DNA of 62,974 bases, counting the filler, from Globobulimina sp. (Eukaryota), in assembly GCA_003354225.1 (NCBI GenBank). It is 35 parts of 35 records of this genome, joined end to end, with 100 filler letters (N's around TTAATTAATTAA, not from the genome) between each part and the next. Parts side by side here need not be neighbours in the genome. Positions count along the whole stretch, not along the records: positions 1 to 1,703 come from PIVH01012926.1; positions 1,804 to 3,506 come from PIVH01012927.1; positions 3,607 to 5,309 come from PIVH01012928.1; positions 5,410 to 7,112 come from PIVH01012929.1; positions 7,213 to 8,915 come from PIVH01012930.1; positions 9,016 to 10,718 come from PIVH01012931.1; positions 10,819 to 12,521 come from PIVH01012932.1; 28 more parts are not named here. One strand, written 5' to 3'. Positions 1 through 11,152 of this stretch are shown here, piece after piece. Each line of letters opens with the position of its first letter. The first letter of the stretch is position 1. The notes below the pieces were generated by a model, which saw only the letters and a list, made by a program, of their open reading frames with translations, did not search any database and was not told the origin of the DNA. A program made the position numbers and the translations under genes.

Positions 1-1703
1 AATGGCAAATCCTCTCCCCTCCAATTCCCGTGTCACAACGTAGATTTATTATCCTTTCTACCACTCCACGAATTAGGCGCAAATCTCAATGCGTCAGGCA
101 ACGATTTGTGGGGCTGGACACAATATAATGACAACAATATGGCGGTTGGTTACTATGCGTTGGCCGGCGTATCCGATGGAACCTCAATTGTTGACATCAC
201 AGATGCATTAAACCCGAATGTGTTGGCATTCATTGAATCCAATGTGAATCCGTTACGAAATATTATCTGGAGAGATATAAAAACATTCGCTGATTTTGTT
301 TTTGTTGTTGCGGATACGGGCTCCAAAAACGATCATTCTATGCAAATATTCAATATTACGCAAATAATTGCAAATGCCAGACAGCATCAAAACACTTACG
401 GAATGCAGTCAATTTACAATGCAAATCCTGCAGATATTGGCATTTATACTCAATTTGGAAAATGTCACAATATTTTTATCAATGAAGACTCAGCTTTTTT
501 ATATGCAGTGGGAACAAATAAATGTAATGGAGGATTGCATATTGTTGACATTGGCGATCCAACCAATCCAGTGTTTGTTAAATGTTTTAGAGCTTCTGGC
601 TACATTCACGATGTTCAATGCGTAATATATCATGGCAGTGATTCACAATATGATGGGCATGAAATATGTTTTGCCTTTGCTCCCGATATCGATTCTTTAT
701 CCATCATCGATGTCACAGACAAAGAAAATATGAATGAATTGTCGCGGCAAACTTATGTTTCTTCGTCCTATGTCCACCAAGGTTGGCTTACTGGCAATCA
801 CGACTGGCTGCTCATGGACGACGAGCTCGATGAAAACCAAGGCAGCGTTGCTACTCAAACCACATATATTTGGAATGTCAAAAATTTAGACAATCCGAAA
901 ATGTTTAGTGTGTATGACAGCGGGCTGAATATAATTGATCATAATCAATATATAATTGACAATGGCAGGAAAGCTCAGGACGGGTATAAAGGATTTACGT
1001 TTCAATCAAATTACAATGGCGGACTGCGGGTATTGAACATTGACGATGTAGCCAGTGGGACTTTGGCAGAGATTGCATATTTTGATACGTATGTATGGTC
1101 TCAAAATACTATGAATTTCAGAGGATCTTGGTCCGTTTTCCCGTATTATAAATTACACCGAGATGGAAATGAATATTCTGATATCATTGTTTCGCAAAAT
1201 ACAAATGTTGGATTATTTGTATTAAAATTAAATATCGGATTAAATGATATTTTTACTGCTGCACCAACTATTAATCCTACATATGAACCAACCAGCGTTC
1301 CAACCCAAAATCCAACAGTCGTTCCTAGTGCACCTCCGACCCACAATCCATCTCAAACACCAACCAGTTCTCCGTCATATATACCAACGATTACACCTTC
1401 TTTGCCACCTACCAATATGCCTAGTTCTACACCAACCAATATGCCCAGTGTTGCACCAACAAATGTTCCATCTCTGTTGCCGTCCCAGACACCTTCACTG
1501 ATACCGTCTATGTCACCTTCTTTGGTGCCAACATTGTTTCCAACAAATGAGCCAACCATACAACCAACGACAGGTAAGTCAATGCTTTCATATTTGATAA
1601 AAATACTTATCGGATATCATGTAGATCCCACCAACAATCCAACCATTTTACCGACAATATATCCCTCAAATCACCCAACTGCAAATCCAACGTTAGAACC
1701 AAC
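1..1703 (+). CDS. Choice-of-anchor-B / LVIVD-repeat beta-propeller protein with Pro/Thr/Ser-rich tail (partial at both ends)
   Basis: Frame open from base 1 (FPCHNVDLLSFLPL...GNDLWGW); WRDIKT, YIHDVQCVIY, HQGWLT, MDDELDE, IDHNQY and GSWSVFPY motifs; PT/PS repeats; probable 51-nt intron 1574-1624 (GTAAGT..GTAG) restoring PTTDPTN. Confidence 0.8.
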
Positions 1704-1803
1704 NNNNNNNNNNNNNNNNNNNNNNNNNNNNNNNNNNNNNNNNNNNNTTAATTAATTAANNNNNNNNNNNNNNNNNNNNNNNNNNNNNNNNNNNNNNNNN
1801 NNN
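1704..1803. other. Artificial contig spacer N44-TTAATTAATTAA-N44 (first of 34, recurring every ~1801-1803 bp)
   Basis: Identical 100-bp spacer with a stop-rich core; flanking contigs are 1703/1702/1701 bp in descending order. Confidence 0.98.
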
Positions 1804-3614
1804 AATAATTTTCAGCGTGTTTGCAATAGGGACAAAATCGACTTAGCTATTATAGTAGTAAAATAGGATATTTCTATGTTGTTACAGACATAATTATTCT
1901 AACAAACTCACACTTTCAAATATCAGACTTACCAAATTGTTCAGAAGATGAACTGATAATCTATCACAAAATTAAAACAATGCAAGACTTGACACGCCTT
2001 TGCTGCAACCGATCAACTCAGAGATACAAAACCAAACTAATATCCAGAGAAGGCAAACACAACAAAATCCTTTTGTGATTGTTTTGACGAGACTGGAAAA
2101 CCTACAAATTACATAACATTTGATTACGGTTGAAATATAGAGATTTATGTTTTGAGGTAAACGTCTAGTATATAATATACACCTAACCATTAAACACCAT
2201 ATGGAAAAATACTTTCAGCTTTATCCCAATTGGGACAAAGCACACGTTCTAAACCCTAAAAGCCCTGGTAGTCACTGTTGTGTTAAACTCAGTTTAGCGT
2301 GACTAGAGAGAGACTCTACTAATTGGTTAAATGTGTAAACAAAATACAAATTCGGAAGACTCTGACTGTGAGATATTTTTATATTTGTGGCAAAGATACT
2401 CAAACTTTGTGGTTCGACCAATTTAAAGACTATGTACTATAGGATTATGGACGAATAGAGATTTTGCCTTAAAAATGTTTGGTTAGTGACTATTAAAAAG
2501 CCACACCAAAGAAACACTTTCATTTTGATCACTGTCAGGACATAATCTTTGTTGTTGCATCATTATTCTAACAAACTTGTATTATCAAAATGTATGGAAC
2601 TTACCCAAGATGGTAGACAGTTGTTGAATATGAGAAGAATATTCAGAGAAGAGAAGAGATGAGCTGGTGGGCTGTTGAGAGTTCTCTTAAAAGTAAGTTG
2701 TGATAAAGTCAGTAAAGGACGAGTAGGGAGAGATGTTCTAGTCGAATGTGGTGATTGACAAACACAATCAAGTAATGTTGAAGTAAATGTGTGCGATAAA
2801 GACTCACCTAACTATCAAAACGCCTCAGGCTTTCAGTTTGATCTCAGTCAGGTCAAAGACTTATTAACGCTTTTACTACCGGGAGAGAAAGAAAATATGT
2901 GTTACTGGCTAGAGCTGTTACCAGCTGCTTGAATAAGTGGTTGATGTTTAAAAGTTTCAAAAACTGTTCGAAGGAGTTAAACCACATTATTCCCTAGTTT
3001 TTCCTGATAGAAATTTTTGAGAATCTATCGAGAAATAGTTTACCTTCTGGCCCCCGGTTGTTGATATATGGGTTTTAGAACCGACACAAAAAAGTTTGCA
3101 GTTGTTTCAAAAGAAACATCAACGGTCGTCTGGCCTAGCCCAAAACATCCGTCGGTTCTGTAACCACTACGGTTTGTGTACTCTCTGCTGATTTGATTGC
3201 TTGTGGTTTTCACGGTCTCCAGATATTCAATCCAACCAGGTAGGTCCTATAAACGACTGCTTATTAGGATATACATTCGTAACCCATAGAAAATCATAAA
3301 ATCAGCGCAGTAACAGTAGTTTTGTCATGGAAATCATACCAAACTCAGTTCTGAGGTTGAAACTGAATTCTTAGATGGCATCAGCGATGTAGGATATGGC
3401 CTGATCAAATTTAGATATCGGTGTTTCTATGATTTTATCCAAAACTTGTTCTCTAAGATTGGCAAATAATACTAGATGCCGTTTTTTCAGCAGGGCCAGA
3501 ACGGTANNNNNNNNNNNNNNNNNNNNNNNNNNNNNNNNNNNNNNNNNNNNTTAATTAATTAANNNNNNNNNNNNNNNNNNNNNNNNNNNNNNNNNNNNNN
3601 NNNNNNATTTATAT

Positions 3615-5309
3615 TTGTTACAATGCATTTATTGTTTCTTACGTACTCTATCGATTGCAAACTTATTCAATGATAAAACCATTCAAAATTCGCCAAAAAT
3701 GCAGTGTGAGTTTACGTCCATTGGTGAGAAATACAAATATTATTATTTGCAGTACAAAGATCATTGTTTGGATTGGTTGCAAATTATTATAAAAAAAATC
3801 AAAATGGATGCAATAATAATTATTTATCAACAGTACGCATCAAAGCAATGGATAAATAATAATATAGATTTACAAATTGGTGATACGGTCACACTAAAAA
3901 CCGGACATGTCGGTAAAATTGTGTTTATTCAAGAAATGCATGCGTTTGGCACAAAATGTAGGTGTGAATTGCATCAATTGTGTATACATGAAAATACATT
4001 ATTTGTAGGACTCATTTTAAATGAATGTGATTATTATTACGGGCATGATGGAGGTATTGGATGCAACAAATATTTCCAAGCACCGCCAGGCAAAGGATTG
4101 TTAATACCGGCACTGTTTATGGAGCATGATCCTAATTCATTGGGCATTGGTGATCGAGTTAGGACAAAACATGGTAAATGTGGTTATGTTAAATATATTG
4201 GTATGATAGCCAATAATACAGAGCTTATTATGTATGGCTTGGAATTGGATCTCGACACTATGATATTTCCCGGTAATGATGGCTCCTTTAATGGGGTTAA
4301 ATACTTTGACACAACATTAGGCCGCGGATATTTTAGTATGAAAGAGGATATTACGAAAATGAATCAACAGAGATGTGCAAGTTTCAATATTTTTGTTACA
4401 AACTTATCAGATAATACAGCGTATAGAGATTTATTACAATGGTTCAAACAAAGAAACAGAATGAAACACATCAAAAGTATAAATGTGTACAGACACAACG
4501 GATTGATTGAAGGTATGATTGAGGTCAAAGATGTGAGTCAACAGCAATATATATTGGATAACTTAAATGATGAGAAGATTGGCAATAAACACGTAGCTGT
4601 ATTTGATGAGCAACAATTTAGAAATACAGTCATGTGCTTAAACTGTTGCAAAAAAGGGCATTTTATTAAAGATTGTCCAAATAGTATTGTATTATCAGAC
4701 ACTGTCGATGGAGAAACGTATATCGCTGAGTGTAAGAGTGAGAGCGTGTATCTGCATGAAAGATTGTTAAGTGATGAGGATGAGGATGATGATGAAAAAT
4801 TGATAATGAATAATGAACAACAAGTAATTATAAAAATGTATCCCATTGGCGTTGGTATGGTGTTAAATATTAAAAAAATTGGCGGTTTTAAAAGTATAAA
4901 TGTAAGGAATATGAAGATAATGTTAAGCACACAATTAGGGATTGATATAAATCAACAAATGATTAGTCATGAAAATAAACAAGAAATATTGAACGATAAT
5001 TATATAATAACTGATGAGAAAAGGATATTATACTTAAAGATGCCAAATTTATATAAATATGGAATGGATTATAAGGAAGACGATGAAATAGTAAAAATGT
5101 GGAAAATAACCACAGTGAGTGGTGGTATTGAACTGAATGTGGCATTAACAGAGCAAGAGCAACGTGGATTTTATTTTGTGAGTGATTTAAAAAGAAAAAT
5201 ATTTGCTACTTTTAATATACCAATAACAAAACAAGAATTATATTTAGAAAATGTAATATTAAAACACCAACAAACATTAAAAGAGTTAGAAACACATAAC
5301 ACTTCAATA
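3615..5309 (+). CDS. Multidomain protein: 2x CAP-Gly, RRM, CCHC zinc knuckle, 2x ubiquitin-like (3' partial; start uncertain)
   Basis: IGDTV..G.I.FI..GLIL..HDG..KYF..PGKGLL; IGDRV..GYVKYIG..YGLELD..NDGS..GVKYF; IFVTNLS (RNP2-like); CLNCCKKGHFIKDC; two x-LK..I....GI....Q.L ubiquitin-like patterns. Confidence 0.7.
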
Positions 5310-5417
5310 NNNNNNNNNNNNNNNNNNNNNNNNNNNNNNNNNNNNNNNNNNNNTTAATTAATTAANNNNNNNNNNNNNNNNNNNNNNNNNNNNNNNNNNN
5401 NNNNNNNNNCAAAGGAA

Positions 5418-5945
5418 ATGAAAGTTGGAATTTGTAAAAAAATGAAGAAATTGAAAGTAAATTATGAGAAGAATAAGAATAAGAATAAGAATAAGAATAA
5501 GCAAGAAAAATTAGAAAATGATAGTGATAGTGATAGTGATATGGATTATTGCAAGAATATAAAGCATGAGAATAAGAATAATCAACATATAAAGTATGAG
5601 AATAAGAAGCAATTTGCAAAAACAAATGTTGCTAATAATGAGATCAAGAATGAGAATGACAAAAAAGAAGAGACAATTTTATTAGTAAAATCATTGGAAG
5701 TATCGTTGAAAAATGAATTTGAAAAAGGTTTTAAATTACTGTCAAATATGAGAATACCAAACGATGAAAACCTTCAAACTGCGTATACTGTTTTATTGGA
5801 AAAACAGCTGTCAGGTATTACAAAATGCGTCACTGCGCTGCATAAACATCAAAATACGAATAGCAGAGCTCGCTATGGTGACATAGTGAGAGCAAGAAAT
5901 TGTCGCGGTCATATCAGAAAAAAATTGACTGTGGATAATATATGA
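5418..5945 (+). CDS. Hypothetical Lys/Asn/Glu-rich low-complexity protein (probably 5' partial)
   Basis: 175-aa ORF with (KN)n and (DS)n microsatellite-encoded tracts. Confidence 0.4.
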   Translation: MKVGICKKMKKLKVNYEKNKNKNKNKNKQEKLENDSDSDSDMDYCKNIKHENKNNQHIKYENKKQFAKTNVANNEIKNENDKKEETILLVKSLEVSLKNEFEKGFKLLSNMRIPNDENLQTAYTVLLEKQLSGITKCVTALHKHQNTNSRARYGDIVRARNCRGHIRKKLTVDNI

Positions 5946-6075
5946 TTCAGTTGTGGATTGCTCAATTTTACATTTTTATAATTTTTTATTAATTTATCAT
6001 AGCTGGTTCACTGGTTTTTATTTGTTCTTCGAATTGAACGTACTTACTATATATTACGATCATCTTACTGACATA

Positions 6076-7112
6076 ATGGCACTTTCTTCAATACGCAACA
6101 AGTTACTTGATTTCAATTTGCATTAATTAAACATTGATAATATTTACTCACCAAATAAAGATACATCTATTTACTTGCATTGACTGCAGCAATTGTCATA
6201 TTTGCATTCAATATTGTTTTCAATTTTAAATCAACTCATCAGCACATAACCACAATTACAACATACATGGTTCATAATCCAATACAACAAAACCAATACA
6301 CTCAACGGAATATTACAATACACAAATCTCAATCTAAGTTATCTAACCATAACCATAATAACAATCACGGCAACATCAATAACAGCAAACGCATAATACG
6401 CACAATAAACAATAAACTGAAACAACACCGCAATGATCTAAACAATGACTACAATTTGCTATTTTGTGACAAATATAAATTTGATTTAATGGTATCATAC
6501 TACACATCAATGTCATCCATAAAGTATCCATTATCATGGATTGAATTAAATGATCAGTTGTTTTGTCCGATAAAATATTCCTCATTATACAGCACACCAA
6601 ACCAAATATCATTGGCTGGTGAAAGGTTATTAAAATATATTTATTCAAATCAATTTAAATCAGATTGCAATGACCCAAAGCATAAGTTTTTATTTTATGA
6701 TACAAAGGGATGGTTTACTGGCTTGGGCGCAACAACAAATGGAGGAATTGTTAAATATTTTACTCGCGCATTGATGAGCAATAGAACATTTATAATGGTC
6801 GGAGATTGGCCGTGGAGTCATACAAAACATTGTCATGATCTGCTGCAAAATGGGTTGGATAGAAATGGATTTAGATGCTATTTTTTACCAAACTCAAACT
6901 GTAAATATCATGATTTAATTAAAAATATCGATATGAATGATCGGAGGCAATTCCTGCGGACTAAAGGTGTTCCAAAACATTGCAGCATCGGTGACTTCGC
7001 AGATAAACCATGGTGTACGGAGAGGATTTTATATATTGACAATCATGGCGCTGGATGGTATCCACAAAACGCAGATATTGACACATGGATAAATAATTTG
7101 CTATTTGCAAAC
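6076..7112 (+). CDS. Type II membrane GT23 / alpha-1,6-fucosyltransferase (FUT8)-like glycosyltransferase (3' partial)
   Basis: ATG 6076; 59-nt intron 6102-6160 (GTTACT..AAAG) joins in frame to a TM anchor; IYSNQFKSDC..K.L......GLGA....A...NRTFI....W.W..CYFLP.SNC resembles the FUT8 N-terminal catalytic region. Confidence 0.6.
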
Positions 7113-7443
7113 NNNNNNNNNNNNNNNNNNNNNNNNNNNNNNNNNNNNNNNNNNNNTTAATTAATTAANNNNNNNNNNNNNNNNNNNNNNNNNNNNNNNN
7201 NNNNNNNNNNNNTGACCCTCTGCCACAAAATGTCACACAGTTGCAATATCTCACCATGTATTTGCAAAAGTATGCTCAGCAACAGTACCTATACTCCCAA
7301 CAATATTACCATCAGATCAATATGAATTGCAATCGATATAATAACAATCACATTCAAACAGAACAAAAGATCAAAAAAATCAGTAAACGCCTAAAACAGG
7401 TGGGGGGAACTGTGGTAACCATTATGAATAATCATATACAATA

Positions 7444-8061
7444 TTGCGAAATGATATCGATAATGTGGCGCGAAATACGATTAAAATTGCAGCAAAAATG
7501 AAGAAATTGAAGACAATGACAGTGAAAGGTTTACAACAGCTTTTGTTGGTGAAGTCACACGTGATTATAAATCTGAAAAAGATTAAAGAAACTGACAACA
7601 AATTTGTGAATCATTATTTGAGACTTCACGAAATCAACGCAGAAATTATTGAGAGAGTGGATAGATTGGACACTGTCGTGGATACAATGAACATCGACGA
7701 CGAACTGCTTATCGCATCAAATTGTAAGGATGTGAGTCTGAATGGTGGAGAGGTCGGTTTATGGGATTGGAAACAGGGCGCGTCATTTCTGTTGGGTGTC
7801 ATTAAATATATGAATCGACGAAGATGGTGGGTTGGAGAGAACAAAGATACACTGTCATTGATTGTGACTTTCGCAAATAATTTCGTTTCCAATTCGGAAC
7901 CTGTGATAATGATATACGATTCCAGAGTCAACTGCGAATCAAAATTGCAATTTGAAATCTCATATAATCGAAAATACTCGCATAATATCAAAGTATTATA
8001 CATTGCCGATTTTAAAAAGCAAAATATGGGGCAAATAATATTCAGTGACACTGTGGGCTGA
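7444..8061 (+). pseudogene. Hypothetical coding remnant, probably part of a decayed gene extending to ~8330
   Basis: 205-aa ORF with a TTG start; in-frame TAA stops upstream; short Cys-rich continuations in other frames downstream. Confidence 0.3.
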
Positions 8062-8380
8062 AAATGAATGGATCACATGCTTGTGGCTCAGTGGGAATAA
8101 GAAATGGAAAAAACATTCGTATGACTATGCTGACCGCGACGATGTAATGATACATAAGAAAAACATGATTTGGATCCATACCGCAAACCGTCCCGGTGCA
8201 TGTTCGAAATATGATTGTACAACACATTAAACCAGCTCTGACATGCAAATGTAAAACACAATTGCAACAAATCCAGGGATCAGGAAAAATAACAGGAATG
8301 AAATGTATTTGGTGTAATGATATTTTTAATTAAAAGAAATGTTGTGTACACAACTGACTTGAGTAAGTGATTTTATAAAT

Positions 8381-8915
8381 TTATTGATCTACCAAAAAGT
8401 CCTTCAACACAGTTACCAAATGGTAACTGACCTCCTTGACGACACACCCACACTCTAACCACATTTTGAATGCCAATTTGTTTCCAATCTTTTTTGTTTT
8501 CCTTTGAAAACTCTTTAAAATCTCGCCAAACAAAATAAGTTTCTTATCTGCACCATTGTGAGTTAATATACTATTGATTGACTTAAAATGATCGATGTCG
8601 ATCAAATATAACATATAATTGTCAATGTAACCAGAGGCACAAATCTCTTTCAAGAGAGACATGAGTGCTTCTCTGTCCTTCATATCGCATAAAGTGTCCA
8701 CTGATATAGACGTATTACTCCTAAGCGTCGCTAATATACGTTTTTCGATTGTTTTATTACTTCTCAATTTTATGCCAATACTGCTATGCAAAAATCCAAT
8801 CCATTTATCCTTGGCCTCACACTGCAGAGAGTATATATTGTATTATAGTATCAGCATCCATTCCTAGCAGAGATATTTTATGCATTCATTTGTAGATTGA
8901 GCATTGCAATGATCA
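8381..8915 (-). pseudogene. Degenerate GGDEF (diguanylate cyclase-like) domain fragment
   Basis: DTLCDMKDREAL..LYLIDIDHFKSINSILTHNGADKKLILFGEIL matches the GGDEF N-terminal half; a 1-nt frameshift at the A-run 8495-8490 gives VVRVWVCRQGG; in-frame TAG and TAA upstream. Confidence 0.7.
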
Positions 8916-9114
8916 NNNNNNNNNNNNNNNNNNNNNNNNNNNNNNNNNNNNNNNNNNNNTTAATTAATTAANNNNNNNNNNNNNNNNNNNNNNNNNNNNN
9001 NNNNNNNNNNNNNNNTCAATACAAATACAACGGTTTGCAATGAACAGTACATCATTGCCATTTTATTGTCGTGTCAAAAATCAAAAAAAAAACTTGTTGT
9101 GTAGCAACATCAGA

Positions 9115-10718
9115 ATGAATGCACCAGTCAACGCAAGCGGACAGCCGCAAGTAGAGGGACATAGTATGCTGTTCAATATACATTTAATACAATGGATAAA
9201 TAATAGCATTTACTTACATTCAGATCTGCTTTTACAGCAACAAACAGAGGAAAATCGATGGTTAAAGAATGAACTGAAACATAAAAGGAATACTATTAAC
9301 TGTTTATTGATCATAATAATAATGATGATCTGCATAATCGTTAAAAAGGAATATCAAAGTAATCCAGCCGTTGCTTCTGTTGTTCCCGTGACCTCTTGTG
9401 ATATAACTGATATTGAAGAAAATACCCAGTCAAATACTGCAGAGGTTTATAGATCCTTTGAAAATACGATTCTAAAACAACAAGATCCAGATCCTACCAC
9501 ACAACAAACACAACCTCAACCTCAAGGACAAACACAACAAGATCCAGATCCTACACAACCTACCACAAACACAGAAGATATAAATGTTGGAGATGATCTT
9601 TATGAATCTTCCAATGAACAATGGAATGTATATGCAGCGTCTAAAGATCTCACAATTACAAAACGTACCGTCAACCATACGGGTTTTGAATATAATGTTA
9701 GCTCAGCATTTTTAACGAATGTTGTCTTTCAAGGTGCTCATCATTGGCAATTTAAGGTGGAGATGGCGCCGAATTCTTCAGTTGATTTGTTTTTAGGAAA
9801 TGTATCAAATTCAAATTTATATTTTGGAATTTGTATAGATGATAATCATGAATGGAAGAATGGTCACATTCATACAATATTAGGATCCATAGCCAACACT
9901 TGTTACGTATTTAATTGTTGGGCAGCAATGATAAACAAACATTCTATGGATAATGAATGGACATCGCCGTGGTCATATGGTAAAGTATGCGAATATGGCG
10001 ATGTTATTGATATGTTTTTAAATTTTGATCCATTGTTGTTGTCATTCAGTATAAATGGAGCACATTATGGAATTGCACATAATATCAAACCAAACCATAA
10101 ATATATCGCAGCGATCAGTAGCTGCGCACAGTACAATTACATTGAACTTACCACTTATGATCATGAACAAGATAAAGAATTACAAGAATGGGATATATTG
10201 GAAGGGTGGGACAAAAATGCGATAACATTGGGGATTGCTATAAATAATCACATTGTAAAACATGACAAAGCGATCTTTGGTGTTGGAACTGCATTTTTAG
10301 TGAATGTCGTTGAGAGTGGACAGCATCATTGGAAGTTTAAAATAATAGGACGTCATCACCTAATTTACAACGACACAAAAGGTCCATGGATACTGTTTGG
10401 AATTTGGAATGTTGAGAATGAGGCACAAACCTGGGACAGGCTTGGGAAAGAGGCAAACACTGCATATGTGTTTGACAGTTTTGCCCAACGACTCAATATA
10501 CACGAATCAGGGGAGTGGACAGATTTGTGGTCGTATGGTAGCTTATGTTGGAATAATGATGTGGTGGATATGTGGTTAGATTTTGATGAATTGTCGTTAT
10601 CCTTCAGTATAAATGATACATATTATGGTAAATCACATACAATCAAAGCTAAAAGATATATAGCAGCCATATCGAGTATGACTAACCATAGCGATGTTGA
10701 GTTGTTATTATATGATAA
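9115..10718 (+). CDS. Single-pass membrane protein with two SPRY/B30.2-like domains (3' partial)
   Basis: TM segment LLIIIIMMICIIV; duplicated AFL.NVV..G.HHW.FK...YG..C...DV.DM.L.FD.L.LSFSIN..YG; probable 60-nt intron 9164-9223. Confidence 0.7.
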
Positions 10719-10818
10719 NNNNNNNNNNNNNNNNNNNNNNNNNNNNNNNNNNNNNNNNNNNNTTAATTAATTAANNNNNNNNNNNNNNNNNNNNNNNNNN
10801 NNNNNNNNNNNNNNNNNN

Positions 10819-11070
10819 CACATAAAGATGCAATACATTCTTCGGGATCAATACCGATTATTAACAATCCAATTAAAAATGGCGATATTCTGCATAACTT
10901 GGCTGCATCGCATAAATTATCAATGAGTCTAAATTAAGATCGATAGGACATGCATATGAACGGTGAAATAGAGTTATAAGTAACTTATCAGCGGCCACAA
11001 ATATGACGAGGTATCCTGCTAAGAATGCCAAACAAAATAATAAAATTTCCCACCATACAACACTTGCCAT
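10819..11070 (-). CDS. Ca2+/cation antiporter (CaCA, YrbG-like) N-terminus (3' partial)
   Basis: 56-nt intron 10984-10929 (GTTACT..TTAG) gives LVIFVAADKLIDNLCDAAKLCRISPFLIGLLIIGIDPEECIASL, the TM1/alpha-1 repeat pattern. Confidence 0.65.
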
Positions 11071-11109
11071 GTTTAAAAGTGGTTTTCCGTAATTGAACTT
11101 TTTTTGTTG

Positions 11110-11129
11110 TTAGTTGCATGTGCAACTAA
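11110..11129. promoter_or_regulatory. Perfect 9-bp inverted repeat TTAGTTGCA-TG-TGCAACTAA between divergent genes
   Basis: Centred in the 82-bp gap between ATG 11070(-) and the putative ATG 11153(+); function inferred. Confidence 0.35.
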
Positions 11130-11152
11130 TTTCTGCTCACTCCAATCTAATC

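Noticed and set aside
1804-3506. Gene in an alternative genetic code
   Set aside because: Stops of all three types occur in the frames I read; the longest TGA-free or TAR-free runs are short and match no family I recognise
8410-8429. CAGTTACCA-AA-TGGTAACTG hairpin as a bacterial terminator
   Set aside because: Two-nt loop and no U-tract; noted only because it lies at the point where GGDEF homology ends
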